A stretch of 63,047 nt of DNA, filler included. It is 14 parts of 14 records of this genome, joined end to end, with 100 filler letters (N's around TTAATTAATTAA, not from the genome) between each part and the next. Parts side by side here need not be neighbours in the genome. Positions count along the whole stretch, not along the records: positions 33,267 to 37,385 come from SRR7504441_25769; positions 37,486 to 41,390 come from SRR7504441_25774; positions 41,491 to 45,709 come from SRR7504441_25803; 11 more parts are not named here. One strand, 5' to 3'. Position 1 is the stretch's first letter. Each line of letters begins with the position of its first letter. Below, piece by piece: positions 33,401 to 44,500 of the stretch. Under the pieces are notes generated by a model. That model saw nothing but the letters and a program-made list of their open reading frames with translations. It was not told where the DNA came from and did not search any database. The translations under genes and the position numbers were made by a program.

Positions 33401-35115
33401 TCATGCTTTCAACCTGGGCTCGCCGTACAAGAAAGTCAGATTGATCCTTCTATTCGCATACCCGGCCTTGAAGTCAAAACGGTCCGTCATATGGTCGCGG
33501 TCACTATCGAAGACCACGACTCGATTGGCGCGATACGGCACTGTCGTGTTCGCCCTGGGCTGGCCATCGGCGAAGGGCGGTGCGCTGCCGTCTTGAGCCA
33601 GATTCGGATGCTTGGTGAAAGAGTGCTTGACACTCTGGTTAAATATGATTAACCCACCGCAGCTCGGGTCGTTGTTAGCCTCGTCCGGAGTGATCCACAT
33701 GTTGACGTTGATCCGGGCCGGGTCGTGATGGATGTCGATCCCGGATCGGCCTCGGTCATACTTGTATGCCCACATCATTGTAAGCTTGTGATCTCCAAAC
33801 ACTCTCGGGAACCTCTTGGGCAGCTCGTGTGCAATTTGTAGGAAGATCGGATCAGTCAACCCGTCGTGCACGTATGCACCCAAGATGTGCCAGGGCTTCA
33901 CCTCGTGCCAGTAACTGCTCTCGAGCAGGCTGGCCCGAGCCCGTTCGAGAGCCCTGGGACTAAGCAGCTGGTCTGTTACGAACAGATGCGGCGACGACTG
34001 TGTGTACATGTCCTGGATTCCTTCGAAATCAAGATCGGGGTTGATCGCCGGGCCGTCTACCGCTGGGTACCGGGGAAGGTTCCAGATCCGGTTGTTGTAT
34101 TTGGCCACCAGCGGCAGCTCGAGCAGTTCTCGCGGTATCCGAACGTAGCCTGGGTAGTACACGAGCCTGCTGCTCCGGTATTCGGCTGCTGACGACATGT
34201 TGCTATGCAGCCCGCGCAGCATTGGCAAGACCTGCTTCTCGACCAGCGCCCTGCGGGGTTCGGACAGCCTGTTGTGCTCGATCAGGTACTCGGCCTGCTC
34301 TAAATCGTGCCATATCTTGTGCACCGCAGTGATTTCAAACCCTCGTTCAGTCTCGCCTCCAGCTTCGCGGCTCATCGACGCGGTCGCCAGCTCAACGTCT
34401 GCTAGCCCGGCCGGGCGTCCGTTGTGGTCGAGCACTCCGCGTCGCAGTTTGAGCGCGAGGTCTAGTAGTCTGACCGCCGCCGTTTGGTCCATCAGCAGCA
34501 GCTGCAGAGGGCTGCACTGGACCGACAGCACGCACTGCACCGCTGCATCCCCAGAAGACAGCAGCCCTGCCCCCACACCTCACCCTCCTACTGGCGCACC
34601 GCACACCGGTGGCCACCAGCGCCTCGCTGTACGCCGCCGCCGCTCCCAGACTCTCCCCTGCCCGCGCTTTGCCCCGCCCCGCCCACCAGTTCACCTTCGG
34701 CCGCCAGCGCGTCGCCCCGGTCGATATGTTTGCTCCGCCCGGTGGCCAGCAGCTCGATCTGAGCGAACCCGGCGCTCGTCCGCAGTTTGTCTAGCCGCGC
34801 TTCGGCCTGTTCCGGGCTCCAGCCAGTGACCTGCTGTCCGTGAATCGAGAGCAACCGGTCTCCCGGCCAGATCCTGCCGGGCCGCGTCGGCTCAAACTGG
34901 CCCGGCTGGACCGCGGCCACGGTGGGCCCGGCCGCCGGGCAGGTCCCGGGCCCGGGGCAGCCGGGCTCGAGCCGGATTCCGAGCGGACCGGGCCGCCTCC
35001 AGTACCCGAGCACAGTGTACCGTGAGCCGGGCCGGAGCTGCTGGCGGCACCCGGTGCAGTCACGGTCCACGGCCACCACGGCGAGCACCAGCACCAGCGC
35101 GGCCGCACTCCGCAT
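33401..35115 (-). CDS. Signal peptide + PDZ-like + TPR-like + 2OG-Fe(II) oxygenase-like protein, multi-exon
   Basis: MRSAAALVLVLAVVA signal; GPLGIRL...VAAVQPG...IWPGDRLLSIHG (PDZ); spliced RGDALAAEG|ESLGAAAAYSEAL (TPR-like); WAYKYD...IDIHHD...NVNMWITP...VPYRANR...DHMTD...RRINLTFLYG (HxD...H...R). Confidence 0.75.
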
Positions 35116-35220
35116 ATCCTGTCGGATCCCACGGACCGCACCGCACCCTGACCGGCCGCGGCTGCAGGGCGTGTGGCCCAGCTGCGCTGCAGCTGCAGTC
35201 GGCGGAAGTGGTGCTCAAAA

Positions 35221-36147
35221 ATGCCGGCTAGTAAGGGCAGCCTGGAGGCCGAGATGGCGTCGATGGAGGCACGGATGGACCAGCTGATCGAGCACAACTC
35301 GCCCACCCGGTCGCGCGAGCCGCTCGCTCCGGGCACCAGCCGACAGCTCCAGACCGTCTGGCGACAGCTCCAGCACGAGCGGGCTCTCCGCGTGGAGGCC
35401 GAGCGCAAGTGCGCCCGGGTGCGGTCGCCGGCGGGCAGGGCCGAGCCGGGCGGCAGTTGGCGGCCGAGCTCAAGGCGGCGGAGGGCCAGAACGCCCAGAC
35501 CGGCGGGGGGAAGAAGGTGATCGAGGAGCAGGCCAGGCAGATCGGGCAGCTGCGGCAGGCGCTGGCCCGGTCCACCGCGCAGGCAGCCAGCCCGCACGGC
35601 CCGTCTGAGCCAGGGCAGTGCAAGGAGCGCGATCTGCTCCCGGGGGAGAGCCAGATAGCCGAGGAGCTGGCAGTGCAGGCGACCCGGCCGCTGGGCGGGC
35701 CTGAGCCTGGGGCAGCTGCGGCAGCAGGCGGAGGCGGCGGCGACCGCGCGACGGGAGCTGGGCGAGATGAGCCAGATGTACGAGCAGGAGCGGGCGCGGA
35801 GCACCAGCCTGGAGGAGAAGCTTATGATGTGCGCTCGGCGGGCAGACAGGCCGGATGGGGAGGCTGAGGTCGAGTCTCGGCTGCACTGGGCAGAGAGGCA
35901 GCTGCAGCAGTCTGAACTGGAACTGGCAGAACTCAAGGCGAGCAGACCGGTGCCAGCCAGCACGGCTGCGGCCGAGCCTGTGCTCTTCCCGCGGACAGTA
36001 GCCCGACCGGATAGCTACGCACATATGAGTTCTCTCGAGCAGAAGAAGGCTCTGGAGATGGAGATTGCGATACTGCAAGAGGCCTTCGAAAAGCATAACA
36101 GCAAGCGCAGCCCGTGGAAGCCTGTGGGGAGCAGCGTTGCTTGGTAA
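35221..36147 (+). CDS. Hypothetical coiled-coil protein, multi-exon
   Basis: Heptad-rich segments in alternating frames separated by about 40-nt GT-AG introns; ATG at 35221, TAA at 36147. Confidence 0.65.
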
Positions 36148-36200
36148 TGATCATATGCAAGAGTAAGCACGTCACGTCGGAAGGCGTGGGCTAATTTAAA

Positions 36201-37169
36201 TTAATTTATTGCACAAATACAGGTTTCCCTATCATGATCGTCTAAGTAAGCCGAATCCTCCGGCCGAGCCTCCTCCACGGCACATTCCCCGGATTCGAAT
36301 AGCGCTACTCTAGCAGTGCTCACAGTCAGAGGAGTGAGCACGTTGTGTTGGTAAAGAAATCGCTTCATGGCACCCAAAACCTGGCCTTGAAACGGCTCTG
36401 TGAACACGTCATTGTGCCCCATCCCGGCGATGGTCACAACCTCCTTCACTGGGCTTCTGGTGGCGGCCGCAGCCAGCTCGGCGCCGTGGCTGGCCGGCAC
36501 GATCTCGTCGCTCTCCCCGTGCACCACGAGCAGAGGCGCCTCGCACTCACTGATCGCATCCACAGACCGCAGCCCGTCTCCCACCAGCGCCGCGGCCATC
36601 TGGCCCAGCACAGGCCGGCCGCCCGCGTACTGCACCACTGCGTTGAGCGAGCTGAACCCTGAGACAAGCAGCAGCCCGCCGCACGGCACCCGACTGGCCA
36701 GCTGAACCATCACGGCCGCCCCAATGCTCTGCCCGGCGAGCAGCACATCCCGGGGCTCAAACCCGCGCTGAGTTACCAAGTAGTCGTAAACCGCCCGGGC
36801 GCTCTTGACCGCCGACTGCTCGGACGGCTTACCGGGGGCCGGGCCGTACCCCGGGTACTCGAACCCAACCACGTGCAGCATCAGGACCTCGCTCAGTCGG
36901 GCCAGCCGCCGGTGGCAGCGCCACAGGTCCTCGCTGTTGGCGTGCCCCCAGACCAGCACCTGGGAGGCCCGGTGGTGCGCCCACCCGACGCACGGCACGG
37001 TCCTGCCCACCAGGAACAGCCGGGCGTCAAACTCGGCGAATGACGCGTCCTCGAGCTCGGCGTAGTAGCTCTCGCGGCCCACGTCCGGCGAGTAGCTCCG
37101 GAGCGGGCGCTCCCTGGTGTACGAGGCGGCACTGGGCGGGTGGAAGGCCCACGCGACCGGGTCGACCAT
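36201..37169 (-). CDS. ABHD17/ABHD13-like alpha/beta hydrolase, 322 aa
   Basis: AFHPP; WGHANSEDL; FEYPGYG; GQSIG; PLLVVHGESDEIVP; GHND. Confidence 0.9.
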   Translation of the reverse strand: MVDPVAWAFHPPSAASYTRERPLRSYSPDVGRESYYAELEDASFAEFDARLFLVGRTVPCVGWAHHRASQVLVWGHANSEDLWRCHRRLARLSEVLMLHVVGFEYPGYGPAPGKPSEQSAVKSARAVYDYLVTQRGFEPRDVLLAGQSIGAAVMVQLASRVPCGGLLLVSGFSSLNAVVQYAGGRPVLGQMAAALVGDGLRSVDAISECEAPLLVVHGESDEIVPASHGAELAAAATRSPVKEVVTIAGMGHNDVFTEPFQGQVLGAMKRFLYQHNVLTPLTVSTARVALFESGECAVEEARPEDSAYLDDHDRETCICAIN

Positions 37170-37273
37170 CCCGGCCGCGCACGCTCCTGTGCAGATCTGA
37201 GTCTAGGCTGTGCTGTGCCGTTAATCGCACCTCATCTACGACTGCACGGTTTCAAGTACGTCGTCGGTAATCG

Positions 37274-37385
37274 TTATTCTAGATCAGTAGCCATCATCGT
37301 CGGGTCGAGCGCGCTGATGGCTTCGTGCAGGACCTGCTGATTGTTGAACAGGTGCTGCAGATTCTTGACCATATTATGCTCCCGC
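37274..37385 (-). CDS. 3' end of an unidentified gene
   Basis: Open frame ...MVKNLQHLFNNQQVLHEAISALDPTMMATDLE* running from the contig edge. Confidence 0.35.
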
Positions 37386-37542
37386 NNNNNNNNNNNNNNN
37401 NNNNNNNNNNNNNNNNNNNNNNNNNNNNNTTAATTAATTAANNNNNNNNNNNNNNNNNNNNNNNNNNNNNNNNNNNNNNNNNNNNGTCGTACCTCCAGCT
37501 GGTCTCCGGGCCTCCGCCCTCGGTTTAATAGCATTGCTTGGA

Positions 37543-40500
37543 ATGGATCATCTTGAGCTGACTGAAGTGCAACGGGATAGATTTCATGATGCAGTCACCA
37601 TGAGCCAGGTAGGCCAGGATCGAGCAATTGCATTGCCGTCCAGTGCGTATGGCTCTCTAGCCAAATTACTGGCGCAGCAGGCAAGTTTGCAAGAAGCGTC
37701 GCTCGATGTGCTGATAGATATCAGTTTCAATGGCACAAGACCATTGAGACTTCACACGCCTGAGTTGCCTCATCATGTTCAACTTAGGCAGTTGGCAATC
37801 CTGGCACTGGCGGGCGTGTTTAAAACAAGTCTGGGGTATTATACAACACACATTTACGGAGAGCGGTACGGAGACAGTAACAAGCTAGCAGTTTGGGACA
37901 TTCGTAGTGCACCCAGACAGTCTCTAGTAGCAGACATGATCACCTGTCTGCAAACCACCGAAACCACAAAGTCGCATCGACAGATTCTGAAAGCGACGTT
38001 GCAGGCACTTGCTGATTTTGTAGGCGTCGACTCCGCAGTTTTGGACAATCGTTCTGTGCAGGAGCGCAGATGCCTCACCTTGATTTCTCAAGACATGGTG
38101 GTTGTCTTACTAAAGCTGCTTTGTGTCGATGTTTTGGCACAGTATGAAGTTTGCTGCCTGGCAGCCCAAGTAGCCGAGAAGACATTGCACATTGCACATG
38201 AATGGACATCGCTCCCGTTGGGTAAAAGGAAAGTTACGGAGGCGATAAGTATTGGATCCAGTCTGGTCACACCGCTCCTTATCAGTCTCCTGACAGATTT
38301 TCAAACTAACACGGAAGTGTCGAGAAAATGCTCAAGTGAGGGCGCCACTGGTCTGCAGAGTGCCCTGCAGCATCTGTTTGGGCTAGTTCAGGCCCTCCTC
38401 GGCCATTGTACCTCAGAGCAGACGCAGCAGCTGTTAGTCCCTTTAGCCGGCTCGCTCTACACATCTATCAGACTCGTTCCAGAGGAGGGTTTGATTCGTG
38501 AGAATATAGAGCGTGCTACTTGCGAGCTGACTTCCAGATGGCGACCTTCCGTGCTGAGTTCCTGCATTCAATTGCTGTGTCAACTGGCCGCAGAGAACGA
38601 CACTGCAATGGCTTTGGTCGTTGTGCTACTTAAGAGTCCCCTGTCGCAGCTTCGACAGCGTTGTTTGCTGACAAAGTTTTCGGAGCATGCACTGAGAAGA
38701 TATCAGAATGATGACCTCCCTTATCTACCTAGAGCCGTCCGGTTGGGTGCAGTTGAAACGGTTGTAGCGCTGCTGCTCCAGCACCAAACTCGCGCACACT
38801 GGTCACAGGAAGATTGCGCCGGTCGTGATATCCTGGATGTGTTGGCGAAGCTTGTGTTCTCGAGTCAGCTGCAACTATCGCACTTGACTGAACGAGCCGG
38901 CATTGACTGCATTTCTGCTATCGATCTTCTTATCTGCGTCGTTGGTGATCGGCAAATCCCTATCCTTAATCGATGCCTCGCCCAGCTGATACTCTGCCGA
39001 TGCCAGTCGAGGCAAGAAGAACATGAAATGGACCTACTCCTTGGGCGTACTAAAAGTTTGCAGGCGCTTGCTGAGCTGCTACACGATATGTACGAACATG
39101 CGTCCCTGTGGGGGCCCACGATATGTACGAAGATGCGTGGCGCAAGAAAGCGCTCGTTCAAATTGGGAAGCGATTGTTATGCCAGCCCGATAGAGGCGAC
39201 TGTAGGAATCCTGGAGAAGCTCACTGATGCAGATGATAGCGGAGGGAATGACATAATCGAAGAAGAAGCAGTGCCTGCTCTAGCATCTGCGCTCGTAAGG
39301 CTTTTGCATAAGGACAGCAATGAAGAGTGCATTCGACATCGCTTTCGCATGTTCGACCAGGAGGTGGTCTCTGACAGTACGCTTCGGATTCTTGTCAGAC
39401 TTTCTGAATCGTCTGTTTGCTCAAGGTCTTTGGCGATGTTTCTGCAGAGCTCAGCAAATATAGATATTCTTCTGCAGGTGTTGATAAGCGCGGAGGAAGG
39501 GAGCCCCGCTAAGAGAATTCATGCCCGAGAGGTTCTTCGAGCAGTTTTAGACAAGATAAATGACTGGCATGAAGATGGGGTCCTTGTGCGAAGCTACGCT
39601 GCAGACAGGGACTTTGGGAGTCAGTGTTGGCCTGGCGAGTATCAGCTAGTGCCGTGTGTAGAAATGCGGACAAAAGAACAGGTTTGTAACCAAATAATTT
39701 CTGCACTGTTGCCAGCGCTGGTTGTTTCAGAAAACCGGATGTCTATCTTGTTGTTGATCAGTCCAATGAAGCTAAATACCCTGGAGCATCGGCCTAAAGG
39801 CCTCATTGAAGCCATAGGCGACTGTTTGATATCACCAGATCCCTGTATTTTCATTGAAGCCTGCATTTGTCTGTGCGACAATCGCGATCATGAAGATTGC
39901 GAACCATTACCCATTGAAGTAGGCGCGGAGCTTCGGTGTAACCAGCTTGAAGCAGTCGTCGAGAGGCTTGCCGATGAGGATTGTGGCCAGCACGCGGTCT
40001 TCCTTTTGCAGTCCATCCCAAAGCACCTCCCAGCAAGCATCGTTGTGCGCATTATTGCAATGCTGTACAACCCGTCGGACGTGAAAGTGTCAGCTGCTCT
40101 CCAGGTGCTTGCGAAGCTGTCCGCAGACTTATGCACGGCCGAGTGCATGCACACTGCTGCCAGTCTGTTGCACAGTTTAGATGTTGATGTTCAATACTGG
40201 GCAATCAATTTCATCAAGGAAATGGCCGAACCAGGCAGTGTTGGGGCTATCGTAGCTGCAAACGCTCTTGGGACTTTTATTGAACTCTGTCGCAGTGAAG
40301 ATGATGATGTTCGAGATATAGCTGAAGATGTAGTAGTTGGGCACATCGATCTGGATCTTGTTGACGACGACATGCTTGTAAACGCGGTTTCGATGCTTGA
40401 TGCTGGGGATGAAGTACAGCACTATTTGTGTCTCATGTTCATAGCTTATGGTGAAAACTCCGAGGCTGATTTCGATCGAATGATCCGCTTGCTGGGCATG

Positions 40501-41199
40501 ATACTACGGCTGTTATCGGCACATCAGAGTGATACTGTTATGCCCAGTGACACTCTCATCTCTGCTCTCCGTGTCTTCACTGCGCTATGCGAGACACTCT
40601 GCAGAGACCGCCGGTATTGCGCAGCAGTTGCAAAGCAGCCTGGCATCCCTCAGGCCATTGTTGATCTGCTCCTTGCCTCCACAGGTGAGGCAGCACACAA
40701 GTATGAAGGTTATCAGGGTGTCGCAGCCCGTGCAATCAGGGCACTGGCGTCCTTGCCACCACTGCATTCGGAGCGTTTCATTGGCTCATTCGTGAAATTG
40801 CTGGATCAATCTCCGGGCTTCGAAGATTTCACCCCCAGTTGCCCAGTTGTGGATGCAGCTGCAGATGCGCTTCGAAGATTTCACCCCCAGTTGCTGTTAC
40901 CCAATTTCCAGTTACTGAAGTCAATAACTGATAGCATGTGCATTTATGACAAGGCGAGGCGTGGACTGACCGGGCTAATTCGAGGCACGGAGCAGTGGCG
41001 TGCCAATGTGCTAGCACTTGTGGTCAGTACAAGATGCATGAAGGATAGGTATGCATCACGAGCGCCAAGATACCCAGTATTGGCAGGGATCGCAACATCC
41101 ATGTCAAAGCTCATGACCAAGTCATGGTGCAACACGTACGGTGCAAACTGCTATAGCTGGCCGTCTCTAAGCCAAGCAAACCCAGAAGAGGTGTGCTGA
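37543..41199 (+). CDS. Large ARM/HEAT-like alpha-solenoid protein (about 1200 aa, possibly 5' incomplete)
   Basis: Uninterrupted Leu-rich helical ORF with ARM-like units (AVRLGAVETVVALL, IVAANALGTFIELCRSEDDDVRDIA, QPGIPQAIVDLL). Confidence 0.7.
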   Translation: MDHLELTEVQRDRFHDAVTMSQVGQDRAIALPSSAYGSLAKLLAQQASLQEASLDVLIDISFNGTRPLRLHTPELPHHVQLRQLAILALAGVFKTSLGYYTTHIYGERYGDSNKLAVWDIRSAPRQSLVADMITCLQTTETTKSHRQILKATLQALADFVGVDSAVLDNRSVQERRCLTLISQDMVVVLLKLLCVDVLAQYEVCCLAAQVAEKTLHIAHEWTSLPLGKRKVTEAISIGSSLVTPLLISLLTDFQTNTEVSRKCSSEGATGLQSALQHLFGLVQALLGHCTSEQTQQLLVPLAGSLYTSIRLVPEEGLIRENIERATCELTSRWRPSVLSSCIQLLCQLAAENDTAMALVVVLLKSPLSQLRQRCLLTKFSEHALRRYQNDDLPYLPRAVRLGAVETVVALLLQHQTRAHWSQEDCAGRDILDVLAKLVFSSQLQLSHLTERAGIDCISAIDLLICVVGDRQIPILNRCLAQLILCRCQSRQEEHEMDLLLGRTKSLQALAELLHDMYEHASLWGPTICTKMRGARKRSFKLGSDCYASPIEATVGILEKLTDADDSGGNDIIEEEAVPALASALVRLLHKDSNEECIRHRFRMFDQEVVSDSTLRILVRLSESSVCSRSLAMFLQSSANIDILLQVLISAEEGSPAKRIHAREVLRAVLDKINDWHEDGVLVRSYAADRDFGSQCWPGEYQLVPCVEMRTKEQVCNQIISALLPALVVSENRMSILLLISPMKLNTLEHRPKGLIEAIGDCLISPDPCIFIEACICLCDNRDHEDCEPLPIEVGAELRCNQLEAVVERLADEDCGQHAVFLLQSIPKHLPASIVVRIIAMLYNPSDVKVSAALQVLAKLSADLCTAECMHTAASLLHSLDVDVQYWAINFIKEMAEPGSVGAIVAANALGTFIELCRSEDDDVRDIAEDVVVGHIDLDLVDDDMLVNAVSMLDAGDEVQHYLCLMFIAYGENSEADFDRMIRLLGMILRLLSAHQSDTVMPSDTLISALRVFTALCETLCRDRRYCAAVAKQPGIPQAIVDLLLASTGEAAHKYEGYQGVAARAIRALASLPPLHSERFIGSFVKLLDQSPGFEDFTPSCPVVDAAADALRRFHPQLLLPNFQLLKSITDSMCIYDKARRGLTGLIRGTEQWRANVLALVVSTRCMKDRYASRAPRYPVLAGIATSMSKLMTKSWCNTYGANCYSWPSLSQANPEEVC

Positions 41200-41594
41200 T
41201 TCGGCGCAGCTTTGGCCTAAGCTTGGATTAGAGCTACCTTGAGACAATTTAGCGTTGATCAATCATAGAGATTTATACTCGTATTATATACTCGTAGTTG
41301 GGGCAGGTGAGCAACCTGCTAGGCTGGTCAGTCCTCCGGTGATTAGTGTAATATGCATGGTAACATTCATGAGTGCCCATCACCTGCGAGNNNNNNNNNN
41401 NNNNNNNNNNNNNNNNNNNNNNNNNNNNNNNNNNTTAATTAATTAANNNNNNNNNNNNNNNNNNNNNNNNNNNNNNNNNNNNNNNNNNNNACTGAGGTGG
41501 CCAATCAGCCGTTACTTTCAGTTTGCATGGCGCACCTGAACTCGCAGCGCGTCCTCAGTAGCGGCGTGTGAGCGGGCGGCGTGGGCTGGGCGAG

Positions 41595-44500
41595 ATGTCG
41601 GGCTTCCTTGTCGACCGCAAGCCTGATCCAGCCGGCCCTGCAGCACCGGAGCCCGGGGCGGCCGGGGCCCCGCCACGCAGTCGACCGGCCCGGCGGCCGT
41701 CAGCGGCCTGGATCACTGACGATCAGCAGAATCCAGCCCGCCCGCAGCCGGACCAGCCTCCGGCCGAGCCCAGCCGGCCGGCGGCCGAGCAGCTGTCGCC
41801 GGACGGCCGCTGGTTCCGGGGTGAGCCCCCGGGCGAGCCGGCGAGCGAGCCGAGTGTCCCCGGCAGTCCGCCGGAGAGCAAGCCGGCGGGGCGGGGGTGG
41901 TTCCAGGGGAAGCAGAGCCCGGAGGCGGCGGTGGTGGACCGGCTGGGCTGGTTCCGGGGCGAGCCGCGGGGGGAGTCGACAGAGTTGGACATCGCGGGCA
42001 CCAAATACAAGCTGCGGCTGGACAGCGCCGCGGAGGAGCTCGGACGGTACCAATCGCCGCTCAGCGAGCACGCCTCGCCGTTCGCGGAGGCGTCGTATTA
42101 CGCCGATATGATGGAGCCCGTGGTGGAACCGTTCAAGCAGGCCGGGCAGATGCTCACGGACAGCTCGCACCCGGCTATGCCGGACGACTCGACAGACCGT
42201 TCGGTGGCGGTGTACATCGAGCAGGACAAGCGGGGGACCAAGGAGCGGCACACGGCCCGGCTGTTCGAGGAGCGCACCCGGATACAGCAGCGGATCAGCG
42301 GGGCTCGCGACAAGCGGCAGCAGATCTGCCAGGAGCGGACCGCCCGGCGGCAGTTTGAACAGTTGGGCGGGAACGCATCGAGCTGGCTCACGAGCAGGTT
42401 CCAGAGCCAGGGCGAGATCGTCCAGAAGTTCGCCATACTGATCCAGCGCAAGTGGCGCCGGATCCTAACCCGGCGATCAGTCCGGCGCCACGTGCTGCTC
42501 ACCCTGTATGCGCCCTCTATGGTCCGCGAGCGCCGGAAGAACGAGGTCAGCGGCCGGGCTGGGCCGGGCGAGGCGGGGGCAGCTGCTGAGCGACGTGGTC
42601 CAGCTGCAAATCAAGTTCACCGACGCGCTGCACATGGCGCTGCTCGGTGGGCGGGCAGTGGGCGGGCTGAGCGGGCGCAGGGTACAAGTATCCAATGGAG
42701 AGTGAGCTCGGGGCGCTCGGGCAGCGAGTGGGCGCAGGTGCCGGCCGGGCAGGCGGGGCGCAGGCGGGGGCAGGGGTGCTGACCGAGAAGCGGTTTGAGT
42801 GTATCTTCTTTGGGGTGGAGGAGATCCTCAAGTGCCACGTGCAGGTGCTTGAGGAGGTGCTGATCATCTCCGAGGACTACCCCCGGATGCCGATCGGGAA
42901 CGCGCTGTACGCCATGTTCCAGCGGCTCCGGGTAGACCACAGCGAGACAATGCTGGGTTTCATGGCCAACTACGACAAGGCGACCGAGCAGCTCAAGCAG
43001 TGCATGAAGGACGGCGCATTCAGAAAGTTTGTGCTCGACCTGCAGCGCTCGCGGCTGTGCCGAGGGGTGGACCTGCCCTCGCTGCTGTTCATGCCGTTCC
43101 GTTACATGCAGCGGATGCAGGGGCTCTTCCTGGCGCTGATTGGGCTGACGGACCCGTCTGACCCGGACTACGAGGGCTGTCAGAGGACGTGCGGGATCCT
43201 TTCTGAAGTTGTGAAGGCGATGGGCGAGAAGAGCCAGGTGTACCAGGTGTGCAACGCCAAGCTGGACGACTTGATGCGCTCGATCTACGGCAATCCGTCC
43301 TCGATACACTCGGGGTCGTTCCTGATGACCTCAGCAGAGTGCCAGTGGCATTCGACCAGCAACTCGGAGGTGCAGACTGTGCACGTGGTGCTGCTCTCGG
43401 ACGGGGTGATCCTCAAGTTCCGCGGGTACATGGGCTACTTTGCGATCATGGCCCACATCCCTCTCGACTGCGCACTCGCCCAGGTCCCGGAGCTGGCTGC
43501 TCGAGAGGCCGAGGAGGTCGCCTGGGATCCGGAGCTAACGCTACGGCTGACCGACCAGGACGGCAAGCTGTACTACCTCTCGTTCGGCAGCACCGCGGCG
43601 CGCGACGGCTGGTTGCATTCGTTTGAGCACGCCCGCACGGTGGCGCAGGTGCTGGACTTCCCCCAGCCTGGGATGTCCAAGAGCTTCTTCAAGATCATGG
43701 ACGTGATATGGGCGCACTCGGACGCCGACATACACCAGGCTGACCTGATCGACGCCGCCCACGAGAACAGCGAGAACCAGATGACTCTGGATGGCCAGCC
43801 CCTCGGGGCGCCCAGCAGACGGGCGGTCCCCGCACCGGAGCGGTTAGCGCAGGTGGACGGGGCGGACCCAGACCAGCAGGAGGTGACCAAGATAGTGTAC
43901 AACGCGCTGCGGGCGCTGGAGGCCCGGTTTGGGATGATGAAGCGGGTGATGGTGTTGAAGGAGAAGGAGCTGATGGACCGGGTGTCTGATCAGCTGGAGG
44001 CGATGCGGCAGCGGCAGATACAGATGCTCGAGACGCAGGAGATCCAGCCGCTGGCCAACTACAAGGAGCAGGTGGACGTTGAGGGGATGCTCGACGAGCT
44101 GTTTGGCGACTTGGGCATGCTCCGGGTGGACGACGAGGACCACCACTCGATGGAGCAGCTCTCGGCGCTCCAGCAGGAGCGGAACAAGCTGGAGCAGCGG
44201 TCGGAGCAGCTGGACCCCAAGATCAGCCAGATCAAGGAGCAGCTGGCCACTCTGTCCCGAGACCTCGAGTTCGACAGGCGGTCGGTGATCATGTCGATGA
44301 AGCAGCGAGGGTACGCGTACTCGCTCGACAGGTCGCGCCCGGCGCAGCGGCGTCGGCTGCACAAAGAGCTGGTGGCCAAGTTTTATTTTCTGCAGCAGAA
44401 CTTTATCGGGATGCTCTCGTTCATGGACAAAGTGACTGCGAGGGTCCGGTCGGTGCTGGGCAACCTGGGCACAATGCTCAGAGCACACAAACTGCTGATG

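Noticed and set aside
29376-37169. NRPS + 2OG oxygenase + alpha/beta hydrolase as a biosynthetic gene cluster (likewise GGCT + Nit1 as a glutathione cluster)
   Set aside because: The genes lie on different contigs; adjacency across linkers carries no information.
40817-40894. Repeat-spacer-repeat as a mini CRISPR array
   Set aside because: Only two copies, inside a eukaryotic ORF, with no cas genes.
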